64,000 nucleotides of DNA from Bacteroidota bacterium (GTDB taxonomy: Bacteria > Bacteroidota > Bacteroidia > Bacteroidales > P3), in NCBI GenBank assembly GCA_017860255.1, contig JAFNAR010000007.1, positions 153 through 64,152 on the forward strand, read 5' to 3'. Position numbers and translations under genes: made by a program. A model generated the notes under the pieces. It did not search any database. It worked only from the letters and a program-made list of their open reading frames with translations, and was not told where the DNA came from. How positions within the stretch are numbered: position 1 is the first letter of the stretch; each line of letters begins with the position of its first letter. This document shows, in pieces, positions 45,071 through 56,348 of this stretch.

Positions 45071-45287
45071 TTTATTTAACTATTTAATTGTCTATTAATT
45101 CTACAAAGGTAAACTTTTTATTTGCACAATATCTTTTTAATGTTTAAAATATACAAAAATTATATTTATTTTAGTTTACGAAACTTAAGTCTTGATTAAC
45201 TTTTATTTTTATCAAGAAATAAATCTGCAAAAGCCTTATATAAATATATTTATACTTGATTTAAGTTTATTTATTTAAGGTATAATT

Positions 45288-45354
45288 TTTGCAACCTGCC
45301 ACCTTACATAGTGTATCCTGCCACCTTGCATAGTGCATCCTGGCAGGTTGCAAA
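45288..45354 (+). other. Orphan GC-rich hairpin (14-bp stem) whose loop and arms are built from 22-nt direct repeats
   Basis: tttgcaacctgcca (45288-45301) pairs with tggcaggttgcaaa (45341-45354). Units cctgccaccttacatagtgtat (45295-45316) and cctgccaccttgcatagtgcat (45317-45338) are 20/22 identical, followed by a partial inverted unit. A T-rich run follows on the plus strand. No plus-strand gene lies upstream. Confidence 0.6.
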
Positions 45355-45483
45355 ATTTTTATCTCGTTTAAAGAAATTTTTATAGGGTTTCTACAAAATT
45401 ATTCCTTGTTTATTTGGAGTTATTCCTTTTGGATTTGGTGGTTTATTTTAGCGATTGGGATTTATAGAAGGGAGAATTGGGAA

Positions 45484-45530
45484 AATAAAAAAAGGAGCTT
45501 TAAAACTATTTCTTTATTTAAAAGCTCCTT
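45484..45530 (-). terminator. Rho-independent terminator of the ABC-F gene
   Basis: Stem aaggagctttaaa / tttaaaagctcctt, with a T-run on the minus strand. Confidence 0.6.
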
Positions 45531-45555
45531 TTGATTATTTTGTTATTTAGTGGGT

Positions 45556-47187
45556 TTATACGCCAAGTTCATTTAGGTTTTCTATCTTCTTCTTTTGAAG
45601 GAAATCATAGATTCCTCCTATATGTTCTCTTACTTTTTTGTTGCCAAATTCAAATACTTTATCCACTAAGCCATCTAAGAATTCACGGTCGTGGGATACA
45701 ATTATTGCTGTTCCATCAAAGGCTTTTATTGCTTCCTTTAATACTTCCTTTGAAGGAATATCAAGGTGATTGGTTGGTTCATCGAGTATTAGTAGGTTTG
45801 CTGGTTCTAATAGCAATCGAACCATTGCTAAACGACTTCTTTCTCCTCCTGATAATACTTTTACCTTTTTTTCTATAGCTTCTCCTCCAAACATAAATGA
45901 GCCTAATATTTCTCTCAGTCTTGTTCTAATATCTCCTACTGCAACATTATCCACTGTTTGGAATACAGTAAGGCTTTCGTCTAATAATGAAGGTTGATTT
46001 TGGGCAAAATATCCTATTTTAACATTATAGCCTAATTCTAATTTCCCTGAATATTCTATTTCTTTCAAAATACATTTTGCTAATGTACTCTTTCCTTCTC
46101 CATTTTTACCTACAAATGCAACTTTCTCCCCACGGTTTATTACCATTCCAATATTATCAAGAACTACCTTGTCGCCATAGGCTTTGGTTAAATGGTCAAT
46201 ATCTAAATGTAAAGGACCTGAACGTGGAGCTGGTGGAAATTTAAGTCTAAGGTTTGAAGTATCTTCAATATCTATTTCCACTCTTTCTAACTTTTCTAAA
46301 AGTTTTATTCTTGATTGAACCAAAGCAGCTTTTGAGGCTGTGCAACGAAAACGATTAATAAAGGCTTGGTTGTCTTGTATTATTTTTTGCTGGTTTTCAT
46401 AAGCATGAAGCTGTTGTTCTTTTCTTTCTTGGCGAAGTTCTAAGTATTTGGAATAATTTACTTTGTAATCGTGAATTTGTCCTAATGATATTTCAATTGT
46501 TCGATTAGTTACCGAATCAATAAAAATCTTATCATGAGAAACTAATAATATTGCACTTGAGGTGTAAGCAAGGAAGTTTTCTAACCATTGTATAGATTCT
46601 ATATCTAAATGGTTTGTTGGTTCATCTAATAATATTACATCGGGGCATTGTAGAAGGATTTTTGCTAATTCAACTCTCATTCTCCACCCTCCACTAAACT
46701 CAGAACATTGTCTATCAAAATCGCTCCTAAGGAATCCTAATCCCAATAAGGTTTTTTCCATCTCTGCTTGAAAATTACCACTGTCAATTATTTGCATATG
46801 TTCATAAGAGCGGCTTAGTTTATCAATAATCTCAGAGTATTCGTCGGATTCGTAATCTGTTCTTTCCGACATTTCTTTTGTTAAACTGTCAATTTCTAAT
46901 TGTAGTTGATTGATACGGTCGAATGCTTTCTGGGTTTCTTGCATTACTGTTGTACCTTCATTATGAATCATATGTTGAGGTAAATAACCTACGGTTAAAT
47001 CAGGAGAGAAAACAATTTTCCCACCTGTTGCTTGTTCGTGTCCTGCTATTAATTTTAAAAGAGTAGATTTCCCTGCTCCGTTTCTTCCTACTAATCCAAT
47101 TTTATCTTTCTGATTTACAAGAAATGTTATATTGTCTAATAATCTTCTGCTGTCAAACTCGACAGTAATTTGTTCTATTGATATCAT
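45556..47187 (-). CDS. ABC-F family ATPase (two ABC domains, no membrane domain)
   Basis: 543 aa. Two Walker A motifs (GRNGAGKST, GKNGEGKST), two signature motifs (FSGGWRMR, LSGGERSR) and the inter-domain linker YSKYLELRQERKEQQLHAYENQQK typical of ABC-F. Confidence 0.85.
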   Translation of the reverse strand: MISIEQITVEFDSRRLLDNITFLVNQKDKIGLVGRNGAGKSTLLKLIAGHEQATGGKIVFSPDLTVGYLPQHMIHNEGTTVMQETQKAFDRINQLQLEIDSLTKEMSERTDYESDEYSEIIDKLSRSYEHMQIIDSGNFQAEMEKTLLGLGFLRSDFDRQCSEFSGGWRMRVELAKILLQCPDVILLDEPTNHLDIESIQWLENFLAYTSSAILLVSHDKIFIDSVTNRTIEISLGQIHDYKVNYSKYLELRQERKEQQLHAYENQQKIIQDNQAFINRFRCTASKAALVQSRIKLLEKLERVEIDIEDTSNLRLKFPPAPRSGPLHLDIDHLTKAYGDKVVLDNIGMVINRGEKVAFVGKNGEGKSTLAKCILKEIEYSGKLELGYNVKIGYFAQNQPSLLDESLTVFQTVDNVAVGDIRTRLREILGSFMFGGEAIEKKVKVLSGGERSRLAMVRLLLEPANLLILDEPTNHLDIPSKEVLKEAIKAFDGTAIIVSHDREFLDGLVDKVFEFGNKKVREHIGGIYDFLQKKKIENLNELGV

Positions 47188-47335
47188 TTTTATGTTTAAG
47201 TATCTATTATTTTTCTTTTTTACATATTAATTAACTGCTAAGGATATTAGAAAAAAATCATCTAACCTCAAGACTAAAATTGTTTTTATCTTAGCTTAAT
47301 TTAATAGGAGTAAAAAAGAAAGGAATATGAAAATG

Positions 47336-47378
47336 AAAAAGGAGCTATAAAACTATTGAGATTTTAAAGCTCCTTTTT
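47336..47378 (-). terminator. Rho-independent terminator of the nuo operon
   Basis: Stem aaggagct / agctcctt, with a T-run on the minus strand. The left arm and flank are nearly identical to the hairpin at 45484. Confidence 0.55.
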
Positions 47379-47448
47379 ATTTGTTTTATCTTTTTAGGAT
47401 TTTCTCTTCCCTGTATTTTATTTTGTTGCTTAAATAGGTTTAATCTAT

Positions 47449-48876
47449 TTACATCCCATAACTGAATGCTGTGATAGTTTCATAAACTATACTTGCAATT
47501 CCTAATCCAATTATTCCAATCAGGCAAATTGTTAAACTTATTTTTGTGTAGCAATCTGTTTTTATTGGTTCAATTGGGTTATCGTTTTTGTTTATATACA
47601 TTGCTTTTACAACTAAAAGATAGTAGTAAAGAGAGATTATTGTGTTTAGTAATGCAATAACCACTAAAACTATGAATCCGCTCTTAAAAGCTGCCATAAA
47701 TACGAAAAACTTACTAAAGAATCCTGCAAATGGTGGTATACCTGCCAAAGAGAAAAGAGCAAGTGTTGTCAGGAAGGTTAGTTTTGGATTTGTTTTATAT
47801 AATCCATTATAGTCATCCATACTTACTTTTTCTGTTCTTTGTTCAATTATTGAAATAACTCCAAAGATTGCAAGGTTAGCAACCATATATACCAATACGT
47901 AGTAAACCAAAGAAGCCATTCCAATTGCTGTTCCTCCAATAACTCCTAACAAAATATATCCTGCTTGTGAGATTGAAGAAAAAGCTAAGAATCGTTTCAT
48001 ATTCTTTTGACGCAATGCAAATAGGTTACCTATTGTTATTGTGATTACAATTAGTCCATAAATAATATTTTGCCACTCTGTAACCATCGGTGCAAATACT
48101 TTCATTAGAATTGTAAGGAGTACAAATACTGCTGAGCCTTTTGAAATTACAGAAAGGTATGAAGTAACTGGTGTTGGTGCTCCTTGATATACGTCTGCAG
48201 TCCAAAGATGGAAAGGAACTATTGATATCTTGAAACCAATTCCTGCAATGAAGAATACAAATGCAGCTAATTGCATATAATTGCCAGATGTCAGTAGAGC
48301 TGGAATATCTTCAAAGTATAGTGTTCCACATGCTCCATAAAGGAAGGAAAGTCCAAAAAGAAGTAAAGCGGAAGAGAACATTGCAGTAAGAATATATTTT
48401 GCTCCTGCTTCTGCTGAGTTGTGACGATATTTATCAAATGCTATAAGAGTTGACATTGGAATTGAAGCCATTTCCAATCCAAGGAAAAACATTAGGAAAT
48501 GTCCTGAAGCAATCATAAAGAACATACCCAAAAGTGTTGAAAGTATTAGGAAATAAAACTCTCCCTGTTTAAATTTTGTGTCTTCTCTTTTTAACCAAAG
48601 GTCAGCTTGCATAAAAACTATTAGAGTACCAAAGGTTAAAATGCTTTTAATTATTGTCATCATTGGAGTGTAGTAGTACATTCCTCCAAAAGCACTTCCA
48701 GGTGTTGAAGTTGGTATTAGATTGTAGATAATATGTGCACCTAACAATACACATGCAACTACTGAAAAGTATTTACGAGCTTTTTCTGAAGCAATTAAAT
48801 CATATAAGAATAGTATAGCCATCACTACTATAAGCGATACTTCTTCTTTCATATATAGAAATTGACTGTAATCCAT
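47449..48876 (-). CDS. nuoN: NADH-quinone oxidoreductase subunit N
   Basis: 475 aa. Polytopic antiporter-like subunit, last gene of the collinear nuo operon. Confidence 0.85.
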   Translation of the reverse strand: MDYSQFLYMKEEVSLIVVMAILFLYDLIASEKARKYFSVVACVLLGAHIIYNLIPTSTPGSAFGGMYYYTPMMTIIKSILTFGTLIVFMQADLWLKREDTKFKQGEFYFLILSTLLGMFFMIASGHFLMFFLGLEMASIPMSTLIAFDKYRHNSAEAGAKYILTAMFSSALLLFGLSFLYGACGTLYFEDIPALLTSGNYMQLAAFVFFIAGIGFKISIVPFHLWTADVYQGAPTPVTSYLSVISKGSAVFVLLTILMKVFAPMVTEWQNIIYGLIVITITIGNLFALRQKNMKRFLAFSSISQAGYILLGVIGGTAIGMASLVYYVLVYMVANLAIFGVISIIEQRTEKVSMDDYNGLYKTNPKLTFLTTLALFSLAGIPPFAGFFSKFFVFMAAFKSGFIVLVVIALLNTIISLYYYLLVVKAMYINKNDNPIEPIKTDCYTKISLTICLIGIIGLGIASIVYETITAFSYGM

Positions 48877-48901
48877 TTTTTCTATCTTTAAATTTCTTTA
48901 C

Positions 48902-50389
48902 CTATTTTATAACTAATGCTTTCACAATTGGAAGCACACTATCACCAATCATATTATTCATCCATAAAGGAGCAACACCTAAAGCAACAATTGCAATAAT
49001 TAGAACTATTGCTGAAAGGCGTTCGTCCCAAGTTGCATCGGTTAGTTTTAAATGTTCTGGATTTTTAACTTCGCCATAAAAACTTCTTCCTATTAAACGA
49101 AGTATATAAACTGCAGTTATTACAATTGAAGTTGTTGCAATTATTGTAATTACTCTATGAAAAATATCTGTATGTTGGAATGAGCCAACAAATATTGTCA
49201 TTTCTGCAACAAAACCACTAAAGCCAGGAAGACCTAAATTTGCCAAACCTGCAATAACATAACAAACAGATAGGAATGGCATAATTTTCATTAATCCACT
49301 TAACTCACGAATATCTCTTGTGTGTGTTCTGCCATAAATCATACCAATTAAAGCAAAGAAAAGAGCTGTCATAAGACCATGAGAAAGCATTTGAAGAACT
49401 GCTCCTGTTGCTGCTGTTTGATTCATCATCAAAATTGCAAAAAGAACCAATCCACAGTGGCTAACTGAAGAATAAGCATTAATATATTTCAAGTCTGTTT
49501 GAACAATTGCACTAAATGCACCATAAATAACTGAGATGGAAGTTAAGATTAGGAATATCCAACCAAGTTCATTTGCTGCCTGAGGCATAAGATACATGGC
49601 AACACGGAAACATCCATAACCTCCCAGTTTCATTAACACTCCAGCGTGAAGCATTGAAACAGCTGTTGGGGCTGAAGCATGACCATCAGGAGACCATGTG
49701 TGGAATGGGAATAGAGCTCCAAGAACTCCAAAGCCCAAGAAAGTCATTGGGAAGAAAATCAGTTGAGCATCATGAGGTATATTTCCTGCTTTTGCTATTT
49801 CAAGAATATTCATTGATGTTGCTCCAGAGGCAAAGTAAATACCTAAAATACCTGCAATAAGAATTGCAGATGCTCCCATAAGCATAAGAGTAAGTTTCAT
49901 TGCTGCATATTCTTTCTTTCCACTTCCCCAAACTCCAATAAGCAAATACATGGGAATAAGTGCTATTTCATAAAACATAAACATTGTGAAAAGGTCTATT
50001 GTTATGAAAAATCCAAACACTCCTAATGAAAGAAGACAAAACCAAAGAAAGAATTCTTTTGTTTGGTTTTCTAACTGCCATGAAGCAAAAGTTCCTGTAA
50101 ATACTATTATTGAAGAAAGAATTAACATTGCCACAGATATTCCATCTACTCCTAATGATAATTTAATATTCAAAGAAGAATACCATGAGTAATCAGAGCG
50201 GAAAAGCATTTCAGCTGTATCTCCTGCAGCTCGCTGTGTTAAATATAAATAAGTAAGTATTCCAGCTAAAATTAGCAAAAGAGAAGAGCCAGCTACCATT
50301 ATACCTCTAATTTGATTTCTATTTTTGCTTATCCACAAGAAAAATATCATCAAAATAGGAATGATTACGAAAAATAATAATATGTTCAT
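48902..50389 (-). CDS. nuoM: NADH-quinone oxidoreductase subunit M
   Basis: 495 aa. Antiporter-like subunit (FHTWSPDGHASAPTAVSMLHAGVL), positioned between nuoL and nuoN. Confidence 0.85.
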   Translation of the reverse strand: MNILLFFVIIPILMIFFLWISKNRNQIRGIMVAGSSLLLILAGILTYLYLTQRAAGDTAEMLFRSDYSWYSSLNIKLSLGVDGISVAMLILSSIIVFTGTFASWQLENQTKEFFLWFCLLSLGVFGFFITIDLFTMFMFYEIALIPMYLLIGVWGSGKKEYAAMKLTLMLMGASAILIAGILGIYFASGATSMNILEIAKAGNIPHDAQLIFFPMTFLGFGVLGALFPFHTWSPDGHASAPTAVSMLHAGVLMKLGGYGCFRVAMYLMPQAANELGWIFLILTSISVIYGAFSAIVQTDLKYINAYSSVSHCGLVLFAILMMNQTAATGAVLQMLSHGLMTALFFALIGMIYGRTHTRDIRELSGLMKIMPFLSVCYVIAGLANLGLPGFSGFVAEMTIFVGSFQHTDIFHRVITIIATTSIVITAVYILRLIGRSFYGEVKNPEHLKLTDATWDERLSAIVLIIAIVALGVAPLWMNNMIGDSVLPIVKALVIK

Positions 50390-50401
50390 ATTTCTACTTT
50401 T

Positions 50402-52315
50402 TTATAATATCAAAAGAATAAGTCCAACTATAACAACTATTCCTAATAAGAATACATAAGCATACTGCTGCACTCTTCCTGATTGGAAATTACGTATTAA
50501 ATAAGATAGTTTTTGAGTTGCTGTTGCCATTAAGTTCATAAATCCATCAACAATATGACGATCAAACCATGCAATAGGTGTTGATATACATGCAAAGATT
50601 ACTTTATGAGTTATAAATTGATAAACCTCATCAATATAAAATCTCTTGTAAGCTGACTTATGTATAAATCTGAATTTACTTGCCAGCATTTCAGGAATTG
50701 GTTGTGTTTCTTTTCTATAGAATATTGTTGCAATTAGTATTGAAATTATGGCAACTCCAACACTTAATAAAGCAACTGATGTTTCTAAATGTATATCATA
50801 AACAAGTCCATTTGCTGTAATAAAATGTCCAAAAGGGATAAATCCAGCCACACATGTAATAAGAGCCAATACCATTAAAGGAATAGTCATTGAGAAACCT
50901 GATTCATGAGGCTTATGTTCATGTTTTGCTTCCTTAGCCCAAAATATATTATAGTATAAACGGAACATATAGAAAGCAGTTATACCTGCTATTACTGTCA
51001 TTACCCAACCCATCATTGGAGAAAATTTAAAAGCAGCAGCTAATATTTCATCCTTACTGAAAAATCCTGAGAATGGAGGAATACCTGCAATTGCCAGACA
51101 AGCTATTAAGAAAGTTATATGTGTTATTGGCATATGTTTTCTCAATCCACCCATATCTTTCATCTCATTACTATGAACTGCATGTATAATTGAACCTGCA
51201 CCTAAGAATAATAGAGCCTTAAACATAGCATGAGTAAATAAATGGAACATTGAAGCCATATATCCTAAACCACCATGAGCATCCATTGAAGTAGAAACCC
51301 CTAAGGCAACCATCATAAATCCAATTTGTGATATGGTTGAAAATGCTAACACTCTTTTAATGTCTGTTTGAACACAAGCAATAATTGCTGCAAACAAAGC
51401 TGTAAATGCACCAACACAAGCTATTATTTCTAATACTCCTGGAGCATAAACAATATAAAGAGGGAACATTCTTGCAACCAAATAAACGCCAGCAACAACC
51501 ATAGTTGCTGCATGAATTAATGCAGAAACTGGTGTTGGACCTTCCATTGCATCTGGCAACCAAATATGTAAAGGAAACATTGCACTCTTTCCTGCTGCTC
51601 CAATAAACATAAGGCCTAATGCCCAAGACAAAACTCCAATTCCAAGGAAAGATTTTTGTGCTGCTCCTTGAAGAGCTAAATCACTGTTTCCACCCATCAA
51701 ATCTATAAAGCCAAATGTTTGGCCATAGAATGATAAAACTAATATTCCTATAAGGAAACCTAAGTCGGCAAAACGTGTTACTATAAATGCTTTCTTTGAT
51801 GCTGCAATTGCAGAAGGTTTAGTGTAATAAAATCCTATTAACAAATAAGAAGATACTCCAACTAATTCCCAAAATATATAAGTTTGAAAAATATTGGTTG
51901 CAACAACTAATCCTAACATTGAAAAAGTAAATAAAGAAAGGAAAGCGTAATAGCGTTGAAATCCTTTTTCTCCATGCATATAGCCCATACTGTATAGATG
52001 AACCATAAATGAAACTAACGAAATTACAACAAGCATCATTACTGAAATTGGATCAAGTAATATTCCAATATCAATGTGTAAGAATTCTCCTAAACGCAAC
52101 CATTCTATATTAAATGGTATTATTTTTTCAAATACTCCATTCACTCTTGGTGAAGTGAAATATTCCCATGCAGTTATTAAAGATAATAAGGTAACTATTC
52201 CTAAAGAAATTGTTCCAAATATACCTGCAATTTTTGGTTTTAATTTATGCCCAGCTAATCCTAAGAATATAAACATTATGGCTGGGAGAAGTAGTATAAG
52301 TATTGTGTATTCCAT
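50402..52315 (-). CDS. nuoL: NADH-quinone oxidoreductase subunit L
   Basis: 637 aa. Antiporter-like core (LHIWLPDAMEGPTPVSALIHAATMV) plus a C-terminal extension typical of NuoL. Confidence 0.9.
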   Translation of the reverse strand: MEYTILILLLPAIMFIFLGLAGHKLKPKIAGIFGTISLGIVTLLSLITAWEYFTSPRVNGVFEKIIPFNIEWLRLGEFLHIDIGILLDPISVMMLVVISLVSFMVHLYSMGYMHGEKGFQRYYAFLSLFTFSMLGLVVATNIFQTYIFWELVGVSSYLLIGFYYTKPSAIAASKKAFIVTRFADLGFLIGILVLSFYGQTFGFIDLMGGNSDLALQGAAQKSFLGIGVLSWALGLMFIGAAGKSAMFPLHIWLPDAMEGPTPVSALIHAATMVVAGVYLVARMFPLYIVYAPGVLEIIACVGAFTALFAAIIACVQTDIKRVLAFSTISQIGFMMVALGVSTSMDAHGGLGYMASMFHLFTHAMFKALLFLGAGSIIHAVHSNEMKDMGGLRKHMPITHITFLIACLAIAGIPPFSGFFSKDEILAAAFKFSPMMGWVMTVIAGITAFYMFRLYYNIFWAKEAKHEHKPHESGFSMTIPLMVLALITCVAGFIPFGHFITANGLVYDIHLETSVALLSVGVAIISILIATIFYRKETQPIPEMLASKFRFIHKSAYKRFYIDEVYQFITHKVIFACISTPIAWFDRHIVDGFMNLMATATQKLSYLIRNFQSGRVQQYAYVFLLGIVVIVGLILLIL

Positions 52316-52326
52316 ATTTTCTCCTA

Positions 52327-52632
52327 TTAATGCTTCATTTTATCTATCTTATCTACATCCAAACTTTGAACGTTTCTATAGATATTAATTATTATTGCAA
52401 TTGCTATGGCTGTTTCTGCTGCAACAATTCCTATTGCAAATAAAGTAAAGAAATGTCCTTCCAATTGATTTGGAAATAAGAACTTATTAAATACTGCAAA
52501 ATTTATATCAGCAGCATTTAAAATCAATTCTACAGAAATTAACATAGCCAAAGTGTTTTTACGAATTAAGAATCCGTAAATCCCTGCACATAACATTATT
52601 GTGCTTATCACTAAATAAAGTTCAACTCCCAT
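52327..52632 (-). CDS. nuoK: NADH-quinone oxidoreductase subunit K
   Basis: 101 aa, three TM helices, with the conserved E residues in ISVELILNA and VAAETAIAIAI. Confidence 0.85.
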   Translation of the reverse strand: MGVELYLVISTIMLCAGIYGFLIRKNTLAMLISVELILNAADINFAVFNKFLFPNQLEGHFFTLFAIGIVAAETAIAIAIIINIYRNVQSLDVDKIDKMKH

Positions 52633-52637
52633 ATTTT

Positions 52638-53153
52638 TTATCTTTTACGTGCTATTAATAATCCCCCAATTATACATGCCAACAAAAGAACACCTATTGC
52701 TTCAAAAGGTAATATGTATTGATTTTTACCTCCACCAACTAAAGCGAATCCTATTGTTTTCATGTTTAGTTCCTCAATGGCATCAGTTGAAGCCATTGGT
52801 AAAAAGTTGTGAGTAAAAATAATAAAGAATATTAATCCTCCTCCTATGAGTACAGTAAGTAATATTGGTAATACTTTTTTTATTTTTATTCCTATATTCA
52901 AATTTTCATCTGCTTTTGTCAGGAAGATTGAAAAGACCAATAACACAACAACCCCTCCTGCATAAACCATAATTTGAACTGCTCCTAAGAAAGTATATCC
53001 CAAAAGAAAATATATTGCAGCAGTACCCAAAAGTACAAATAACAAATATGTTACTGAACGCATAATTTTTTTTGTTGTAACTGTCAAAACTGAAAATACA
53101 GAAATGAAAATTGCCACAATAATAAAAACTACATTTTGTAATGTTATATCCAT
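52638..53153 (-). CDS. nuoJ: NADH-quinone oxidoreductase subunit J
   Basis: 171 aa, five TM helices, positioned between nuoI and nuoK. Confidence 0.8.
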   Translation of the reverse strand: MDITLQNVVFIIVAIFISVFSVLTVTTKKIMRSVTYLLFVLLGTAAIYFLLGYTFLGAVQIMVYAGGVVVLLVFSIFLTKADENLNIGIKIKKVLPILLTVLIGGGLIFFIIFTHNFLPMASTDAIEELNMKTIGFALVGGGKNQYILPFEAIGVLLLACIIGGLLIARKR

Positions 53154-53154
53154 A

Positions 53155-53625
53155 TTATTTTTTATTTACAACAGTTGAACCATCTCTATTTAATTTCTTT
53201 ACAAGCTTCTCTCTATTAAAGACTGCATGCTCAAAAGAATTTTCAAAAGTTATTGCATTGTGAGGACAAGCATTAACACAAAGTTGACAAAATATACATG
53301 TTCCCAAATCATATTCATAATTTGTAAGAACTTTCGTTTTCTTTCCTTCTTCGTTTTCAACAGTCTCAAAATGTACAGTAATTGTACCATTTGGACAAGC
53401 ATTTTGACAAAGACCACAAGCAACACAATTATGTTGATTATTCTCATCATGAGGCATTGTTAATGTACCTCTAAATCTATCTGAGATTTTTAATGTTGCT
53501 CTGTTTTCTGGATATTTTTCTGTGATTTTTTTTCTGAAGAATACTTTAATAGTTGTTTTCAATCCAACAAGTAAAGTTTTTAGTCCTCGGAAAAATGAAT
53601 CAAAATATTTGCAAAAATTATTCAT
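53155..53625 (-). CDS. nuoI: NADH-quinone oxidoreductase subunit I (2x[4Fe-4S])
   Basis: 156 aa. Two ferredoxin motifs, CVACGLCQNACP and CIFCQLCVNACP. Confidence 0.9.
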   Translation of the reverse strand: MNNFCKYFDSFFRGLKTLLVGLKTTIKVFFRKKITEKYPENRATLKISDRFRGTLTMPHDENNQHNCVACGLCQNACPNGTITVHFETVENEEGKKTKVLTNYEYDLGTCIFCQLCVNACPHNAITFENSFEHAVFNREKLVKKLNRDGSTVVNKK

Positions 53626-53636
53626 ATTCTATTGAG

Positions 53637-54737
53637 TTAAAAATGAAGTTTAAATACTACAACCAATATCATCAAAACAAGATTAAATAATCCTATTGGG
53701 AGTAAAATCTTCCATTCAAATTTTAATAATTGATCTATTCTCAAACGGACAAATGTCCATCGCATCCACATTAATAAAAAGACTACAAAGAAAGCTTTTC
53801 CAAAGAACCATACAAATCCAGGAATATAATCCATAATAGCATTGAATCCTTCCAATCCAGAAATATGTAGTGGCATCCAACCTCCTAAGAATATTGTTGC
53901 TGCAACTCCTGCTATTATAAACATATTTAAGTATTCGCTTAAATAGAAAAAGCCAAAATGCATTCCAGAATATTCTGTGTGATATCCAGCAGTTAATTCT
54001 GATTCTGCTTCAGGCATATCAAAAGGTCCTCTATTTGTTTCTGCATTCCCTGCAATTAGATAAACTATAAAAGCAATTACAGCAGGAATATGTCCTTTAA
54101 ATATAAGCCAACCATCTGCTTGAAAAGCTACTATTTCAGAAAATTGTAATGTTCCTGTAAAAATAGCAACTGCCAATAAGCACATACCTATTGAAAGTTC
54201 ATAACTGATAATTTGTGCTCCACTTCTCATAGCACCAATCATTGTGTATTTACTATTACTACTCCATCCTGCAAGCAAAATTCCAATAACTCCCAATGAA
54301 GAAACAGCAACAAGAAATACTACTCCAATATTAAAATCTAATATCTCCATTCCTTTGTTTATAGGAAGGCAGGCAAAAGCTAATATTGAAGAAAGAATAA
54401 CTATATATGGAGCCAATGCATGAAGAAATTTATCTGTATTTTTTAATTCTACAATTTCTTTAATCAACATCTTTATAACATCAGCAAAAAGCTGCAATAG
54501 TCCAAACTTACCTACTCTATCAGGACCTATACGACATTGGAACCATGCACATATCTTTCTTTCCATATAAATAAGTATCATGGCAATTACTGCGTAAGCT
54601 GCCAAGATACAAACTCCTACTACAAGACATTCTAAAAATATTGCCAAACCTTCTGGCATTACACTTGTTAAAAATTGATGTATCCAACTTGAAACTACAC
54701 TAAAATCAAACATAAAAGATTCTTTTTTATCTATCAA
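53637..54737 (-). CDS. nuoH: NADH-quinone oxidoreductase subunit H
   Basis: 366 aa, polytopic. [19 protein letters not shown] and the [12 protein letters not shown] motifs. The alternative ATG at 54713 would remove the overlap with nuoCD. Confidence 0.9.
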   Translation of the reverse strand: MIDKKESFMFDFSVVSSWIHQFLTSVMPEGLAIFLECLVVGVCILAAYAVIAMILIYMERKICAWFQCRIGPDRVGKFGLLQLFADVIKMLIKEIVELKNTDKFLHALAPYIVILSSILAFACLPINKGMEILDFNIGVVFLVAVSSLGVIGILLAGWSSNSKYTMIGAMRSGAQIISYELSIGMCLLAVAIFTGTLQFSEIVAFQADGWLIFKGHIPAVIAFIVYLIAGNAETNRGPFDMPEAESELTAGYHTEYSGMHFGFFYLSEYLNMFIIAGVAATIFLGGWMPLHISGLEGFNAIMDYIPGFVWFFGKAFFVVFLLMWMRWTFVRLRIDQLLKFEWKILLPIGLFNLVLMILVVVFKLHF

Positions 54738-56346
54738 TATCAGGAATTACATAGTCTAAAGTTCCTCCAATAGCAATTAAGTCTGCTATTTTCCCTCCTT
54801 TAGTTATTGTGTCAACAGCTGCAACCAAAGGCAAACCTGTTGAACGATATTTTAATCTATAAGGATATTTATCTCCTTTGCTTTCTAAAAATACGCCAAA
54901 TTCTCCACGACTACTTTCAACGGAAGTGAAATAACTTCCTTCAGGAACTTTAATTATTGGCTTCATCTTTACTTGATATGCTCCTTCAGGGATATTATCT
55001 ATTAATTGCTCAATAATTTTCATTGACTCAAGCATTTCATCCATACGAACCATATATCTTGCAAAGCTATCTCCTTCAGTATATACAATTTCTTTAAAAT
55101 CTACTTTGTCATACATAGCATAAGGTTTACGCTTACGAGTATCACAAGCCCAACCTGAAGCTCTTCCTGTTCCTCCTGTTGTACCAAAAGAAATAGCATC
55201 TTCTTTGGATAAAACTCCAACTCCTTTTAATCTTTGATGAACAATAACATTTCCTGTAAAAATATCATGATACTCTTTTAAAATGTTACGGAAATATGGT
55301 ATAAATTTCTTTACACTGTTTACAAAGTCAGGATGAATGTCAGCTTGAACTCCTCCAACAACATTATAATTTTGAATTAAACGACCTCCTGTTGTTTGTT
55401 CAAAAATATCCAATATCATTTCTCTATCGCGGAATCCATAAGTGAAAGGAGTTATAGCTCCCATATCCATTGCTAAACATGAATAGAATAAAATATGAGA
55501 ATCTATACGTTGAAGTTCATCCATAATGGTACGAATATATTGTACTCTTTCTGGAATTTCTACTCCAAGTGCTTTTTCTATCAACATACATAAAGCATGT
55601 CTATTTTGATGTGCACTTAAATAATCTAATCTATCTGTTAGAGCAAGTGTTTGAGGATAAGTTAGATTTTCATTCATCTTTTCTATTCCTCTATGAATAT
55701 AGCCACAATATGGTTCAATCTTTTTAATTATTTCTCCTTGAAGAGATGTTCTAAAACGAAGTACTCCGTGAGTGGAAGGGTGTTGAGGACCTATATTGAT
55801 TACATATTCTTTGTCATCAAAAAGGGTATTTTCTTTTTCAATAACATTTCCTTCAGCATCAATTGTTAGTTCAGTAGTTTTATCTTCCGTAACTTCATTT
55901 GTCATATTCAATGGATTTGAATCCATATCATAATCCTTTCTAAAAGGATATCCATTCCACTCATCACGAAGGAAAAGACGACGCATGTCTGGATGATTTA
56001 TAAAACGTATGCCAAAAAAGTCATAAACCTCTCTTTCATTAAAATTTGCTGTCTTCCATAAATCACAAACAGAATATAGTTCTGGATTTTCTCTATTAGT
56101 TGTGCTTGTTTGAAGTACACATGTATGACCATATTTTGTAGATTCTAAATGATAAATTACACCTAATGAATCTCCAAAATCCATTCCTGTCAAACTTAAC
56201 AAAAAGTCAAAAGAAGTATCTTCATCTTCTTTTAGTTTTTTAGCTAAAGCATAAAATGAAGAAGATGGAACAATAGCTTTTATATCTCCCTGTTCTACAA
56301 ATTGAGTTTCAGGAGCAATTTCTAAAATTCTCTTTTTTAAATCCAT
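54727..56346 (-). CDS. nuoCD: NADH-quinone oxidoreductase fused subunit C/D
   Basis: 539 aa. The N-terminal ~150 aa are NuoC-like ([22 protein letters not shown]). The remainder is NuoD-like ([12 protein letters not shown]...DYVIPDIDR). Confidence 0.9.
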   Translation of the reverse strand: MDLKKRILEIAPETQFVEQGDIKAIVPSSSFYALAKKLKEDEDTSFDFLLSLTGMDFGDSLGVIYHLESTKYGHTCVLQTSTTNRENPELYSVCDLWKTANFNEREVYDFFGIRFINHPDMRRLFLRDEWNGYPFRKDYDMDSNPLNMTNEVTEDKTTELTIDAEGNVIEKENTLFDDKEYVINIGPQHPSTHGVLRFRTSLQGEIIKKIEPYCGYIHRGIEKMNENLTYPQTLALTDRLDYLSAHQNRHALCMLIEKALGVEIPERVQYIRTIMDELQRIDSHILFYSCLAMDMGAITPFTYGFRDREMILDIFEQTTGGRLIQNYNVVGGVQADIHPDFVNSVKKFIPYFRNILKEYHDIFTGNVIVHQRLKGVGVLSKEDAISFGTTGGTGRASGWACDTRKRKPYAMYDKVDFKEIVYTEGDSFARYMVRMDEMLESMKIIEQLIDNIPEGAYQVKMKPIIKVPEGSYFTSVESSRGEFGVFLESKGDKYPYRLKYRSTGLPLVAAVDTITKGGKIADLIAIGGTLDYVIPDIDR

Positions 56347-56348
56347 GT

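Noticed and set aside
45556-47187. ABC-F protein as an antibiotic-resistance (ARE, Vga/Lsa-type) partner of the nearby vat gene
   Set aside because: It is 4 kb from vat, separated by unrelated genes and terminators, and outside the inverted repeats. Its linker sequence looks like generic housekeeping ABC-F proteins. ARE status cannot be judged without phylogeny.
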